Origin: a virus
IMG/VR virus record: IMGVR_UViG_3300028599_000001
Span: 1 to 40,048 of that record
Strand: one strand, 5' to 3'
Length of the DNA: 40,048 bases
Positions within the stretch are counted from its first letter, which is position 1; every line of letters starts with the position of its first letter. Made by a program: the position numbers and the translations under genes. Shown here one piece after another: positions 8,010-17,892 of the stretch. The notes below the pieces were generated by a model. It was given only the letters and a program-made list of their open reading frames with translations, made no database searches and was not told the DNA's origin.

Positions 8010-9653
8010 CTATTGGCTCGGTAAATTCGAGACAGAATCGGATTGATTCATCTCCGCCAGTAGACTTGCCATCGCCGCGGCCTGAGCTTCTTTCGGTAGA
8101 GCCATGATCTGATTGAGCTTTGCGGGCGGGACTTTCGCTAACATGGACTGGTAGGGTTTTGACAAGACTCCAGCCCGCATTGCAGGTCTAGCCCCCATCG
8201 CTGCTAGCCATGCTGGGTTTCCAGTGGAAATTGCGGTCAAGCCTGGTACAGCGTAATCCATGGCCCTGAGATTTGTTGTCGTCGCTGGAGATTCCTGAGC
8301 CGACTGTTTAAACGCCCTTCCAAATTCCGCGATTTCTCTTAATTCGCCAGAGAAGGGCGCCCCTTTATCCAATTGTCTCCCCATTTTCACGGCATCCACA
8401 TTGCCAGAGCCTGGGTTTAATGCCTTTTCCACGCTATACGATTTGGCAATGGTTTGGCGGGCTTGGCGGAATTCTTGTAAAAATTGCGGCCCCACCTTCT
8501 CTATATTCCGCTCCATCAATCCCTCTAATTGGTTGGCAATCTTCCCTTGAGCTTTAGCCAAAGCCTTCCCGCCTGGGTCTTTTGCTATGCCACTAAAATA
8601 GGCATTAGAATCCGCTCGTAATTGTTTAATCGTTTCTACTGTGGCTTCTGAGGAAAGTGTCTTTTTCCCGCTAAATTCCTTGACCAGCTTTAGAACGTCC
8701 TTTTTCACCAGTCCAGGGAGCTCTTTGGCCATAGCTGAATTTTGTTTAGCGATCCTGGCCAAGCTAGAATTAAAGGTTTTGTCTACCGTAAACGTCCCGA
8801 GATTTTTGGCCTTCTCGTATATTTGACCCGCCTGACCTCTCAAGGCGTTTAAGGATTCTTGAGAAAGCGGTAAATCTTCTGGCAGTCCTAGTGCACGTTT
8901 GGCTTTGATATTTGTCAAAACTTGATTTTTGACCGAGGCGCGTTGCCCTGTGGGAACGGGTCCAGCAACCCCCTCGACCGTTTGCTGGGTTTTAGAAGGT
9001 TTCGCCCTTGAAGGCGGGACGACATAGCCCGCTTTATGGGCTTTCACAAAAGCATCAGTGGGGGGGGTTCTGGAGCGAATCGCGCTCGCCGCGGTTGGGG
9101 CCAAGGCGCCCATCATCATGCCTGCCATGGGAGCAAGGGGGTTATCCGAGGCCGACTTTCCTACCACAGCGCCTGCGGCCGCGGGCGTCATTCTCATGAC
9201 ATTGGCGAGAGATTGTTTCACCCCCGTAGTGGGAGCGAGGGCGCCGGCCGCAAGAATACCTGTCCCCATGTGGATCTTTTGTTGTGTAGGATCAGTAGGA
9301 TCAGGAGGGGTAAACACCCGTTCTCCCAGTCCTCCCTCGATCTTCTCTTTGATCCACTCAGAGCCCCCGATTTGCTGGGGTAACAGGTTGGGAGGCTCTG
9401 TGCCGCCTTTTAACGTACCATACCCCGCGATAGCCAGATTAGCGAGATTCGTGGCTGTATCCACCGGTAACCCCGCTATCGCAGGGGCGAGGGTATTGAC
9501 CCCCCTAACACCGGACAAAAGGCCTTCCTTGATCTTTTGATCAATTCCCTTCTCTGGGGGTAAAGACTGGATCGCTTCCCAATCAATTCCAGAGGTGTCT
9601 TTATCTTGGTATTGTTCCCATGGCCCGCTTTGGTATTTTTCCCAGGGCTTCAT
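8010..9653 (-). CDS. Internal virion/ejection protein candidate (547 aa, Gly/Ala/Pro-rich)
   Basis: Position equivalent to P22 gp16/gp20, low-complexity composition, ATGA overlap with the upstream gene. Confidence 0.45.
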   Translation of the reverse strand: MKPWEKYQSGPWEQYQDKDTSGIDWEAIQSLPPEKGIDQKIKEGLLSGVRGVNTLAPAIAGLPVDTATNLANLAIAGYGTLKGGTEPPNLLPQQIGGSEWIKEKIEGGLGERVFTPPDPTDPTQQKIHMGTGILAAGALAPTTGVKQSLANVMRMTPAAAGAVVGKSASDNPLAPMAGMMMGALAPTAASAIRSRTPPTDAFVKAHKAGYVVPPSRAKPSKTQQTVEGVAGPVPTGQRASVKNQVLTNIKAKRALGLPEDLPLSQESLNALRGQAGQIYEKAKNLGTFTVDKTFNSSLARIAKQNSAMAKELPGLVKKDVLKLVKEFSGKKTLSSEATVETIKQLRADSNAYFSGIAKDPGGKALAKAQGKIANQLEGLMERNIEKVGPQFLQEFRQARQTIAKSYSVEKALNPGSGNVDAVKMGRQLDKGAPFSGELREIAEFGRAFKQSAQESPATTTNLRAMDYAVPGLTAISTGNPAWLAAMGARPAMRAGVLSKPYQSMLAKVPPAKLNQIMALPKEAQAAAMASLLAEMNQSDSVSNLPSQ

Positions 9654-10720
9654 GGTTTCTTCCAGCTATTAGGGTTACCTGGATCACCACCCATAAACAC
9701 GTAACCGCCTTCCTTGTGTCCTATTTTCAATTTTCCTTTAGCCTCACCAAGTATCGACATAAAATCATTCATAGTATACGTTTTGCCTTTAAAGCCCTCT
9801 AGGGTGCCATTTTGCTCAAAATAATCTGAGGCTTCTTGCTTGGCCTTGGCCGCATTACCTATTTGTTGCATCAACCTTCTGACACGTTTTATATTTTCTT
9901 TTGGAGATAATCTTTTGTTATAGGCCCTAGCAATAAGCCTCTCACCCTCTTTCTCCGTGAACTGAGCGCCGAGAATTTCCCTGAGGTTTCTTTGTACAAC
10001 CTCTTCAATCTGTTCCCTTACCGCAATAGCGCGAGGCTCGACAAATTGCAAAACAGGATCAGGCACATTACCTATAAATTTCCCCGTTAACTCATTGGCT
10101 GAGGTTTCCAGCTCATTGACGGCATCATCTAGTTGAGCTAAATTCTTGGCTGTATCAGCAAACCCCCCCGTTTTCCACTTGACGTATTCACCAGAAAATT
10201 TCTCATCTGTCTTTGTAAAAGCCTTCCCTCTTTTCTCGGTGGCAATTTTTTCACTAATATAGCCGGGTCTTTCTGTCGGTCTGAGCTGACGTGGCGCCAC
10301 AGGCTCAGTTTTCGTGGGGTCAACCATGGTAGGGGCAACAAAGCCTGATCCCACATCAAGGAAGGGCTGGGCGCGTTTTACTTTAAGAAAATTCTCTTGT
10401 TGTTCAGGAGAGTACCCCTCCCAAGTCTCAAACTCTCTTACAGCACTTGGCTTCTGTCCCAGAGCTCTGGAAAATTCCGTTTCCATCGCCATCGCTTCTG
10501 GACCGAGACGCTGTTGGTACATTTCTGCTAGGGCATTTTGTCGATTTAACCTTCCTGGCATCTGCCCTGTTAAGGGTTGACCGGTTCGCGTCGGGCCTTG
10601 CAATTCAATACTGGGTCCAGGTTCGACATTCCTTGAAAGGATATCCCGGATCTGATCTTGACGTTCCAGCCTCTTTCTTTCTCTCATCGAGGCCTTAATG
10701 CCGTCTATGATGCTACCCAC
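9650..10720 (-). CDS. Internal virion/ejection protein candidate (356 aa)
   Basis: Position and translational coupling within the post-hub gene run. Confidence 0.4.
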   Translation of the reverse strand: MGSIIDGIKASMRERKRLERQDQIRDILSRNVEPGPSIELQGPTRTGQPLTGQMPGRLNRQNALAEMYQQRLGPEAMAMETEFSRALGQKPSAVREFETWEGYSPEQQENFLKVKRAQPFLDVGSGFVAPTMVDPTKTEPVAPRQLRPTERPGYISEKIATEKRGKAFTKTDEKFSGEYVKWKTGGFADTAKNLAQLDDAVNELETSANELTGKFIGNVPDPVLQFVEPRAIAVREQIEEVVQRNLREILGAQFTEKEGERLIARAYNKRLSPKENIKRVRRLMQQIGNAAKAKQEASDYFEQNGTLEGFKGKTYTMNDFMSILGEAKGKLKIGHKEGGYVFMGGDPGNPNSWKKP

Positions 10721-11300
10721 TAGGCTGCCCCCCGCTTGTTGGAAACCAGCTTTTCAGAATATTATTAAACGCTCCAGCAGTCCCTCTGACTTCTTGCGCG
10801 GTCGCTAATTTATTCATGAATTCATTTTGACCCGCTCCGGTGAGCATATTCCCCACAGCCATCCCTTGATTCGCGGCAAGATCCCCCATGGACTGGGTAG
10901 CGTCTTCGCCATACAATAATTTCTGCATCCATCGGGCAAACTCGTTTTGGTATTCTTGCGACGCCGCGCCTTGAGCGTAATCGGTCATGTCTTTGGCAAA
11001 ATTCCCCGAATAGATCCCTTGCGGACCTGCGATCGCAGAGTTTTCTAAAGCCTCCGCCCCTTGATTTAATCGCCATTGATAACTGGGATCAGAAGTAATC
11101 GCGTCGGGATCTTGTCCCCACTGTTGGAAAGCGTTGAGTTGGTCCTGACCGTAATCGTATTGAGGCTGCCAATAACCTTTGGCTTCTTTAAAGCCTTGCT
11201 TAACCTTTTTTACCCCCATTGCTGCGGCTTGTGCCGCACCTCTCCGTGACTTATCCAATTCCCGCCTAACCAATCGTGGGGGTGTTGCTAACCCAGCCAT
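10713..11300 (-). CDS. Internal virion/ejection protein candidate (195 aa, Gln/Gly/Ala-rich)
   Basis: Position after the hub gene, plus composition. Confidence 0.4.
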   Translation of the reverse strand: MAGLATPPRLVRRELDKSRRGAAQAAAMGVKKVKQGFKEAKGYWQPQYDYGQDQLNAFQQWGQDPDAITSDPSYQWRLNQGAEALENSAIAGPQGIYSGNFAKDMTDYAQGAASQEYQNEFARWMQKLLYGEDATQSMGDLAANQGMAVGNMLTGAGQNEFMNKLATAQEVRGTAGAFNNILKSWFPTSGGQPSG

Positions 11301-11309
11301 AACATTCTC

Positions 11310-11510
11310 CTATACAATAGTTCCAGCAGCATCTTTCCAATTGGTCCCGTCATACCAGATCGGTTTACCGATTGTCGTGTCGTAATGAAAGTCTCCAGCC
11401 CGGATGCCGTTTACCTGGCGGTTGGCTGTCGTCGTAGGCCCTAAATCTCTCCTAGCCGTTTCATATAACTGCAATAACCATTCGTCAGTGGTTGATGGAG
11501 GGGAGAGCAC
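11310..11510 (-). CDS. Small virion-module protein (66 aa) in the position of a tail plug/needle
   Basis: GTG start overlaps the hub gene stop (TAGTG). C-terminal motif is HYDTTIGKPIWYDGTNWKDAAG. Confidence 0.4.
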   Translation of the reverse strand: MLSPPSTTDEWLLQLYETARRDLGPTTTANRQVNGIRAGDFHYDTTIGKPIWYDGTNWKDAAGTIV

Positions 11511-12931
11511 TAATATAGCCCTTCGTTAATGCGTAACGTAGCGTTGGTCAAGGCGAGTTTCACAGGATCGGAAATAGTAATCCGGGGAACAATATCCCTT
11601 CCCTTCCCTAATCTTCTCCACAAACACCGTCTTGTATACTCCCCTGTCTTTCCCATGGGGGCGAAGATCTTATTACCAAAACTGTGCCCTGCGTCTTTAG
11701 CGAGTTGTAACGCCGCTACGGGGTTTTCACCTTGTCCAGAAGTCCCTACTCCCGCCTCAACACCCAATTCAAGGGAAGCAATCCCTACCGTTTTACGATC
11801 AAAATAAATATGTTTCCCGGTTAATTCGTAAATGATGGGCTCGCCATTAAAATCCAGCGCATCGGTGTCTAATTTATACAGATTTCCGTTTTCATAATCA
11901 GAGACGATGGTCTTATTTAAAAACTCCGTGCCGATTTCTGCTCTGTGGCGTCCACTACAAAACCGCAATTCAGACCAATAGTCGGTGGAACCGTCATAGA
12001 GCCAAGAAGTTCCTGCGGTGGGGAAATTCAATTGCAACATGGGATGGCCGCCTAGGGTAAATCCATAAGCAGTCGCATCGGACACAGAGCTGTAACCGTT
12101 GATAATGTGTTCCAGTTCAAAATTGGAGATCCTTTCAGGAGCGTAACCGGTGATTTTTATTACTATGACCTCTCCCTCGCGGTTCTTTGCTAAAAAGGCA
12201 TACGTCCCCATGAATTTAGCTAACGACCATCTTGCGGCCATGCCGTATTCCCAATTGGCGTTTAAGATTCGCCCGTAAGGAAACCCCCCTCCACCGATGT
12301 TATTCCAAAATTCTGTCGTGTCGTCCCCGGCTAAAACAACAGCCCCGATGTAATTGAAGATTCTGACTAAATTATCGGGGTTCGATTCAGCCGTGGCGAC
12401 ATTAGTGGCGTTCCATGAGAGAGGATTGGCATTATCTCCCCCTTTAAATTGTCCTGTACCGTCTTCGTCGGTTAAGATCTTGGCCCCTTGGAATGTCACG
12501 GTATTGGGTGAAGTCGGTCTCTCCGCGTCTGCAACAGCGGCTATGGGTGTTGCGGGAGTCGTCGTGTCATAGGTGTAGATTTCCTCACCGTCCACGACAA
12601 CGATGTACCGCCCGTCGTCGTGAATATCCACCCTTCCTGTCGTGGTGCCTATTGTCCCCCTGGCGGTGCGAGTGCCCGTGTTATCAATTTGATAAAATGT
12701 CCCCCGATGGACACCGTATAACAGGCTGGTTTTAGGAAATTCTCTTAACCCTCTCCAGGGGGTGTCGCCCGCATCCGTGAATAACGTGTATCCCGGTATG
12801 CCATGGATAGCGACTTCCGTTCTGTCCTTCTCTCTTTGAAACTCGTAATAACAATTGACCAGTTTATTCGCTGTGACATTCGGGGACTTCCCTTGTAATC
12901 CTAATCCGAATAAAGGAATCTCTTTTAACAC
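11510..12931 (-). CDS. P22 gp10-like tail hub / DNA-stabilisation protein (473 aa)
   Basis: Length (P22 gp10 is 472 aa). C-terminal pattern CLWRRLGKGRDIVPRITISDPVKLALTNATLRINEG parallels P22 VLWKRVGRIR..ITKSPVTLSGCQIRLE. Follows the gp4-like gene. Confidence 0.65.
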   Translation of the reverse strand: MLKEIPLFGLGLQGKSPNVTANKLVNCYYEFQREKDRTEVAIHGIPGYTLFTDAGDTPWRGLREFPKTSLLYGVHRGTFYQIDNTGTRTARGTIGTTTGRVDIHDDGRYIVVVDGEEIYTYDTTTPATPIAAVADAERPTSPNTVTFQGAKILTDEDGTGQFKGGDNANPLSWNATNVATAESNPDNLVRIFNYIGAVVLAGDDTTEFWNNIGGGGFPYGRILNANWEYGMAARWSLAKFMGTYAFLAKNREGEVIVIKITGYAPERISNFELEHIINGYSSVSDATAYGFTLGGHPMLQLNFPTAGTSWLYDGSTDYWSELRFCSGRHRAEIGTEFLNKTIVSDYENGNLYKLDTDALDFNGEPIIYELTGKHIYFDRKTVGIASLELGVEAGVGTSGQGENPVAALQLAKDAGHSFGNKIFAPMGKTGEYTRRCLWRRLGKGRDIVPRITISDPVKLALTNATLRINEGLY

Positions 12932-13641
12932 TAGACCCCAGCCTCGATGTCTGACCGTCCCCGGCCGTTCAAGACGTAAGCGACTTCTGTCCCTGGCATG
13001 ATGGGGATATCGTTGTTTTGTGCGATGGTGCGTCTTGAGCTGTTGGCTTCTGCCATCACAGGGGCCGGAACAGGCATGGAGAAAACGGGCTGTAAATGCA
13101 CAGCAAGATTATGCTCGATCATCCACTGATAACCCGGAGGAAGGGCTAATGCCTCAGTCCCTATGGTGAAACTTTGCAAAGGTTGCCAGGTATTCAAAAA
13201 TAAGGTGATGGGTGTGCTGGGAATGGGATAAACGTTAATCGTTCCCAGTGGATAAGCCCTGTCGTAAAACATATATAAAGGGAAAGTCGTTTGATCGGTT
13301 TTGCTCGCTATGCCGTCAAAACTCGCTCGGTCTTGAAGCACAACGACTTGGGAATCGATATTATGCACGTCTCGATAATACGTGCCGTCTTCAATCGTCA
13401 CAGGCCATGACATGTCGATATCACCCCCCACCCCGATAGTTTGTGATTGTGTCGCGGCCGGCCAAGAGTGGGTGTTTTGCACAACATGGTAGATGAGCTG
13501 GGGATTGACCCCCATGTATTCTAACATGGAGTTAAGAATAGAAAGGCTGTCCGCTGACTCACTCGCGGTCAAGGCTTCGCCAGTGCCAATCGCCCCAAGT
13601 TTCAGCGCGGCCTGGTAAATGAGATCATTCGCTGTTGGCAT
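12931..13641 (-). CDS. P22 gp4-like head-to-tail adaptor (236 aa)
   Basis: N-terminus DLIYQAALKLGAIGTGEALTASESADSLSILNSMLEYM resembles gp4 DLVRAALRKLGV..LTDVE..DDLEAMMAEW. One-nt overlap with the hub gene. Confidence 0.55.
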   Translation of the reverse strand: MPTANDLIYQAALKLGAIGTGEALTASESADSLSILNSMLEYMGVNPQLIYHVVQNTHSWPAATQSQTIGVGGDIDMSWPVTIEDGTYYRDVHNIDSQVVVLQDRASFDGIASKTDQTTFPLYMFYDRAYPLGTINVYPIPSTPITLFLNTWQPLQSFTIGTEALALPPGYQWMIEHNLAVHLQPVFSMPVPAPVMAEANSSRRTIAQNNDIPIMPGTEVAYVLNGRGRSDIEAGV

Positions 13642-13861
13642 GTAACTGTTGCTCGATGGTTTCGGTCTTCATCGCATGGTGAGGCTTTTTCCCAAACTTG
13701 GCTTCGTATTGCTCTGCCAAAGTGTCATCTGATTTTTCATAGCCGTGTTTCAGCCACACTTCTCTTGTGACCCGCTTCCAGCCATTCTCCTCATTGAACT
13801 TGGCCTCTTGAGGCGAATAGGCAATGTGTTTTCCATGGTCTTCGTGAATCTGATAAATCAT
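13625..13861 (-). CDS. Hypothetical protein (78 aa) with a HeH/SAP-like KFGKKPHHAMKTETIEQQL motif
   Basis: ORF track plus motif read by eye. Confidence 0.45.
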   Translation of the reverse strand: MIYQIHEDHGKHIAYSPQEAKFNEENGWKRVTREVWLKHGYEKSDDTLAEQYEAKFGKKPHHAMKTETIEQQLHANSE

Positions 13862-13863
13862 AA

Positions 13864-15111
13864 TTAACTCCTGATTAATGCGGAACGTTCGACAAAATCG
13901 ATTTTGCGATGATGGTCATGGCTCCATTGGGTGAGTTCATTCCCGTAAGCCGGATTATCCGCGTCGTCACAGATAATCGTTTCCGTGTGGCCAAAGTGGT
14001 CAAAAAACCCCATCCTCGAACCTATCTTGCGTGGCGGGCCGTCATTCAGTCCTAACGCAAACTGGGAAGGAATATCTTTGGGCACGACATACCATTGATC
14101 CTGAATGTCACACAATTTGACATGGAAATTGTCTACACCTGCTTTGGCCGCCAACTTCTCCAGATCCTGCGCCCAACGTGTGTCATGTTCCAAACAGTAA
14201 ACAGGCTCTGTCGATGAAGACGCTAGGACAATCGTAGTTAAACCCGATCCGGTCTCGATAATCGGACCATCGGCTTTCTTCCCTAATAGCGCGCACATCA
14301 TCAAGACATCTTCCAAAGCGCCGTAACTGTTTCCAATATAATGTCGAGCCTCGATAAACAGAGCGGGATCAAAGTCATTCTTCTTGATCTTCTCGACCAT
14401 GTAGGCCAGGGTTTCATCCCCTTGTCTGCGTAGTGCAGCAGACAAACTGTCATGGATGATGGAAGAGGCCGCGTGGCCTAACCGCAAGTCAGGGAGGACA
14501 AACAGCTTCCCGCCCTTCTTGTGCCATTTTCGACAAAAGGAAATATCCCCGCCCCATCTTGTCCCGTCTTCAAAGGTTCGCTCGAACAGGATAGGGACTT
14601 TTGACCGTCTGTCGGCCTTGTTCCAATAATGGTCAGCATCTTCGGATAAGGTTTCTAGGACATGCCGTTGGATTCGCATAAACCCCGTGGGCATACCGGC
14701 AACCTGTAATAATCCATTATCCGGCTCTGTCACGCCTGGCACCATCAGGACAGGTAGATTCTCTCTAGAACCTTCCCGACGGTAAGGATAAACTCCGCCT
14801 ACTACGGCAGCGTCCGCCTGGCACAGCTTGATTAAATCGTCTGGTTTCCAAGAGACATCGGCATCCAAGAAAACAAGATCGGTGCAGTCACTCAATAAAA
14901 ACTGTTGAACAACGTTATTCCTCGCGTCATCTACATGACAATTGCCAGCCAGTAAGAGATAGGCGGTTTGAATGCCTGTCTTTTCTAAAGCTTGTCGGGT
15001 TTTTTGTAATGAGAAAACATACCCCGGCGACGGGGTATCGTAGACAGTGGTACATAGTAATACCTTCTGTCCCTTTACTTTATCGCCGGGATCGTAAAAG
15101 AGGCTAGACAT
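13864..15111 (-). CDS. Two-domain enzyme: N-terminal GT-A glycosyltransferase-like domain and C-terminal class I SAM methyltransferase-like domain
   Basis: GT-A pattern VLLCTTVYD..DDARN..LVFLDADVSW (DxD = DAD)..GGVYPY..GGDISFC. C-terminal IETGSGLTT (motif I), CLEHD, GLNDG. Confidence 0.6.
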   Translation of the reverse strand: MSSLFYDPGDKVKGQKVLLCTTVYDTPSPGYVFSLQKTRQALEKTGIQTAYLLLAGNCHVDDARNNVVQQFLLSDCTDLVFLDADVSWKPDDLIKLCQADAAVVGGVYPYRREGSRENLPVLMVPGVTEPDNGLLQVAGMPTGFMRIQRHVLETLSEDADHYWNKADRRSKVPILFERTFEDGTRWGGDISFCRKWHKKGGKLFVLPDLRLGHAASSIIHDSLSAALRRQGDETLAYMVEKIKKNDFDPALFIEARHYIGNSYGALEDVLMMCALLGKKADGPIIETGSGLTTIVLASSSTEPVYCLEHDTRWAQDLEKLAAKAGVDNFHVKLCDIQDQWYVVPKDIPSQFALGLNDGPPRKIGSRMGFFDHFGHTETIICDDADNPAYGNELTQWSHDHHRKIDFVERSALIRS

Positions 15112-15338
15112 CAGCCCCCCGTGTTGATGAGGCCCAAGTTGGCCAATGCAGCATATAGCCGGTCAATCTTGGTCTCGTTGAGTGCCGTGGTCGCTGTCGT
15201 GGTGCCCACAGCAGTGATAGCGGCTTGGACAACAGGGGTTGCGCCGAAAAATCCTACCTTTTCGGTAGACGCCTTGCCGACTTGCACCCCATCAGGCGAA
15301 TTGTAACTCGCCTGTTCGTACTCTGTTGGTTGTGCCAT
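15111..15338 (-). CDS. Small protein after the coat gene (75 aa), possible head accessory/decoration protein
   Basis: AAGGAG 7 nt upstream of ATG 15338. EKVGFFGATPVVQ motif. The 105-aa track ORF would overlap the coat gene. Confidence 0.5.
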   Translation of the reverse strand: MAQPTEYEQASYNSPDGVQVGKASTEKVGFFGATPVVQAAITAVGTTTATTALNETKIDRLYAALANLGLINTGG

Positions 15339-15348
15339 GGTTATCTCC

Positions 15349-16551
15349 TTAGCTGGTAATACGGCAGCCCCATTGGGGACGAATCGCGGCAAACCCGTAC
15401 AATATATCGATACGAGTGAGCAATTCATCGTTACGGATGTCTGATGCCTGCCAGACGCGGATACTCAAATTGTCGTAGGTTTCAACCACACATTTAGCCG
15501 CATCGGGCATCATGGGCAGTTCAGCCGTGGCAAAGGTGTACGCGTCCTGGTGGTACATCAGATTTTGGACATACCCAGTGGAAGCCGAACCCACGAGCGT
15601 CACGACATCACCATCGGATGGCATGTGATCCACGTTCTGCTTAGCCCCCGTAGCGTAGATCGCTGGCGAAAAGGTAATATCCGCCTCGTTACCGGCAATC
15701 GTCCCCACAGCGGTAATCGTGAATTGCTGCGCATGTTGATAGGATTGTTTGGTTTCGGGGTGCACTTGCAACACATCGGCAAAGGTAAAGACAGAGCCCA
15801 CGGTTGCCGTAGTGCCTAAGGCATCCATGTGGATTGTGGTTGTTCCTTCCACCAAATTCGTGGCGCTAGGTTCATCCACAGCCCAAGCCACGTCATCACC
15901 ATTGGTCATGGTCCACGTTCTCTCATTCTCGTACCAATCGGCCATGGCGGTACGACCCATCATGCCCTCACGGTATTGAGATTTGATCTGCGTGGAGTCC
16001 TGAAACAGACCCTTTAGCCCATTCACCATCCCACCCATGGTCACGGAATCCGCCTGAATACAACGGTTCCCGTCTTTGGGAGCGAGATTTTGATTGAGCT
16101 TGGCCCTAGCCGCCCCGACTGCCGCTAAATCAGCGGGAGGAGTGCCTGGCGTGCCGGCAACGTTATACGTCAGTTTAGTACAGCCCTGGATAACATCAGA
16201 GTCAATACCAGAGACTAAAACAGCCATGGCCGGTTCAAGATGGAGTTTGGAGAAGTTTTGCAGGTCTAACGACAATTCTCGTGAATTGACCCGCATGTCC
16301 ACACCGTCTTGTGTTGCAGTGACGAGGGAGGTGTTTTGCTCCTCCATGTTTTGTACGTCCATGACTCGGGAGCCTTGACGCCTTACGTATTGCGAAGGCA
16401 GACGAATGCGCAAAGTGTCGCCGATCTTTCCATCACCTTTGTACGATTCATCAAATTGCCGATTTATCGTACCGGTGAAAGTCGCTTTTTCATGCGCAAG
16501 TCGAAGAGCCTCCTTGGTGATCATATCGATCGTTAGGAGTGAATTAGCCAT
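15349..16551 (-). CDS. Major capsid protein, P22 coat-protein family (400 aa)
   Basis: N-terminal LLTIDMITKEALRL..KIGDTLRIRLP pattern and C-terminal RIDILYGFAAIRPQ, compare P22 CRIALWYGVNATRPE. Follows the scaffold gene. Confidence 0.8.
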   Translation of the reverse strand: MANSLLTIDMITKEALRLAHEKATFTGTINRQFDESYKGDGKIGDTLRIRLPSQYVRRQGSRVMDVQNMEEQNTSLVTATQDGVDMRVNSRELSLDLQNFSKLHLEPAMAVLVSGIDSDVIQGCTKLTYNVAGTPGTPPADLAAVGAARAKLNQNLAPKDGNRCIQADSVTMGGMVNGLKGLFQDSTQIKSQYREGMMGRTAMADWYENERTWTMTNGDDVAWAVDEPSATNLVEGTTTIHMDALGTTATVGSVFTFADVLQVHPETKQSYQHAQQFTITAVGTIAGNEADITFSPAIYATGAKQNVDHMPSDGDVVTLVGSASTGYVQNLMYHQDAYTFATAELPMMPDAAKCVVETYDNLSIRVWQASDIRNDELLTRIDILYGFAAIRPQWGCRITS

Positions 16552-16617
16552 AATAAGATCCTTGGGGGGCGTTAGCCCCGCTATCGGAGTAGCGCTGTCT
16601 CACGACAGTGCGTTGAT

Positions 16618-17430
16618 TTATCGCCCTAGCTGCTTGTCACGTTTTTTTACAAAATCTTCATAACTCTCTTTGCCGGTAATCTCCGTGGAGGAGGTTTTAC
16701 TCCCTCCTACGGGTTTTATCGGTGCAGGGGCAGCCGAGGCGGTGGCGGATTTCTTGGGCTTGTCCATTTTGGCCTCAAGCTTGCCAATTTCCGCAACCTG
16801 TCGAGTGGGTGAAAGCCTCGCAATTCTTGCCGCTTCCTTGTGATTATTCCCAAGGTAATAGGCGGTTTCAGTGCGGATTCGATCATCGTCAATTTCAATA
16901 AGTGCAGTGGCCATTTCATTAGTCAATGATCGTGGCGGAATACTATTGATAACATCGACAAAGTCATCGTGAGCTTCACTTCCAGACTCAAAGAACTCCT
17001 CTATCCCCTCTGGGGGTTCAGATGCTTTTTGGGACGGTTGTTTTTGGGTCTGGGCGTCTTCACGATTTGCTTCCGCTAGTTTTTCTCGATAATCGTACTT
17101 AGCATCGATGTATTCGTCTAGCGTGTCGAAGTCGTCAGCTTTAGGACGAACAATTGCCGCTTTATTTTGGGCAGTAGATTGTTTCTCCACTAACCCAATA
17201 AGCTGGTCAATCTTCTTGTCCTGTTCTTTCAGCCTTCGGTTTTGCTCTCGCAATTTATACGACAGGTTTGCTTTGTCGGAATCGCTCTTTTTTGGCGGTT
17301 CCTCAACCTTCTCGGTATCCGGTTTTTCCTCTTTCGAGTCCTCATCGGTGGGAGGGTCTTTAATTTCTTTAGCTTCTTCGATAGCTTGCGCATCACCTTG
17401 CGGTGTTTCATCTAGTACTTCGTCTGCCAT
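16618..17430 (-). CDS. Scaffolding protein (270 aa, highly acidic/charged, helical)
   Basis: GGAGG 5 nt upstream of ATG 17430. Composition, and position directly upstream of the coat gene. Confidence 0.65.
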   Translation of the reverse strand: MADEVLDETPQGDAQAIEEAKEIKDPPTDEDSKEEKPDTEKVEEPPKKSDSDKANLSYKLREQNRRLKEQDKKIDQLIGLVEKQSTAQNKAAIVRPKADDFDTLDEYIDAKYDYREKLAEANREDAQTQKQPSQKASEPPEGIEEFFESGSEAHDDFVDVINSIPPRSLTNEMATALIEIDDDRIRTETAYYLGNNHKEAARIARLSPTRQVAEIGKLEAKMDKPKKSATASAAPAPIKPVGGSKTSSTEITGKESYEDFVKKRDKQLGR

Positions 17431-17466
17431 TATGGCCTCCAAACATCGGGTAGGGTTTCCCCATCT

Positions 17467-17892
17467 CTAATCGAGTAACATCATCATTATGATAAGGTTG
17501 TCTTCCTCGTCATTTAATGCCGTTAAGATCGCTTGTTGTTCTGCGATCTCAATCAGCAATTCGGTCAATACTTGTTGGCGTAATAGGTAGGCCAGTTCTT
17601 CATCTAAACTGGGTTCTATCTCTGACTTAACGTCTTTTTTAAGCTCTTGGGCCTTTTCCTGTTTGGCCTCTATTATTTGTTCGGCCTCTTCTTTGGCCTG
17701 TAATAATTCTCTGTATTCTTCCTCTAATCTTTTGAGTCGGCGTTGTTCAGAGAGGGTGCCGGGGATATAAACGTGTTCTTCATAACCACCTGAGGGTCTT
17801 TCTTCAACTGATACCCCACAAGGACCAATACCCTGTAACGCTAGACAGCGATGCCCGTAACCTACCCCTTGCAGGGCTAGCGCTCGGCTCAT
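17467..17892 (-). CDS. Hypothetical coiled-coil protein (141 aa) with an N-terminal LALQG(V/I)G duplication
   Basis: ATGA overlap with the upstream 413-aa gene. Charged heptad-like centre. Confidence 0.45.
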   Translation of the reverse strand: MSRALALQGVGYGHRCLALQGIGPCGVSVEERPSGGYEEHVYIPGTLSEQRRLKRLEEEYRELLQAKEEAEQIIEAKQEKAQELKKDVKSEIEPSLDEELAYLLRQQVLTELLIEIAEQQAILTALNDEEDNLIIMMMLLD

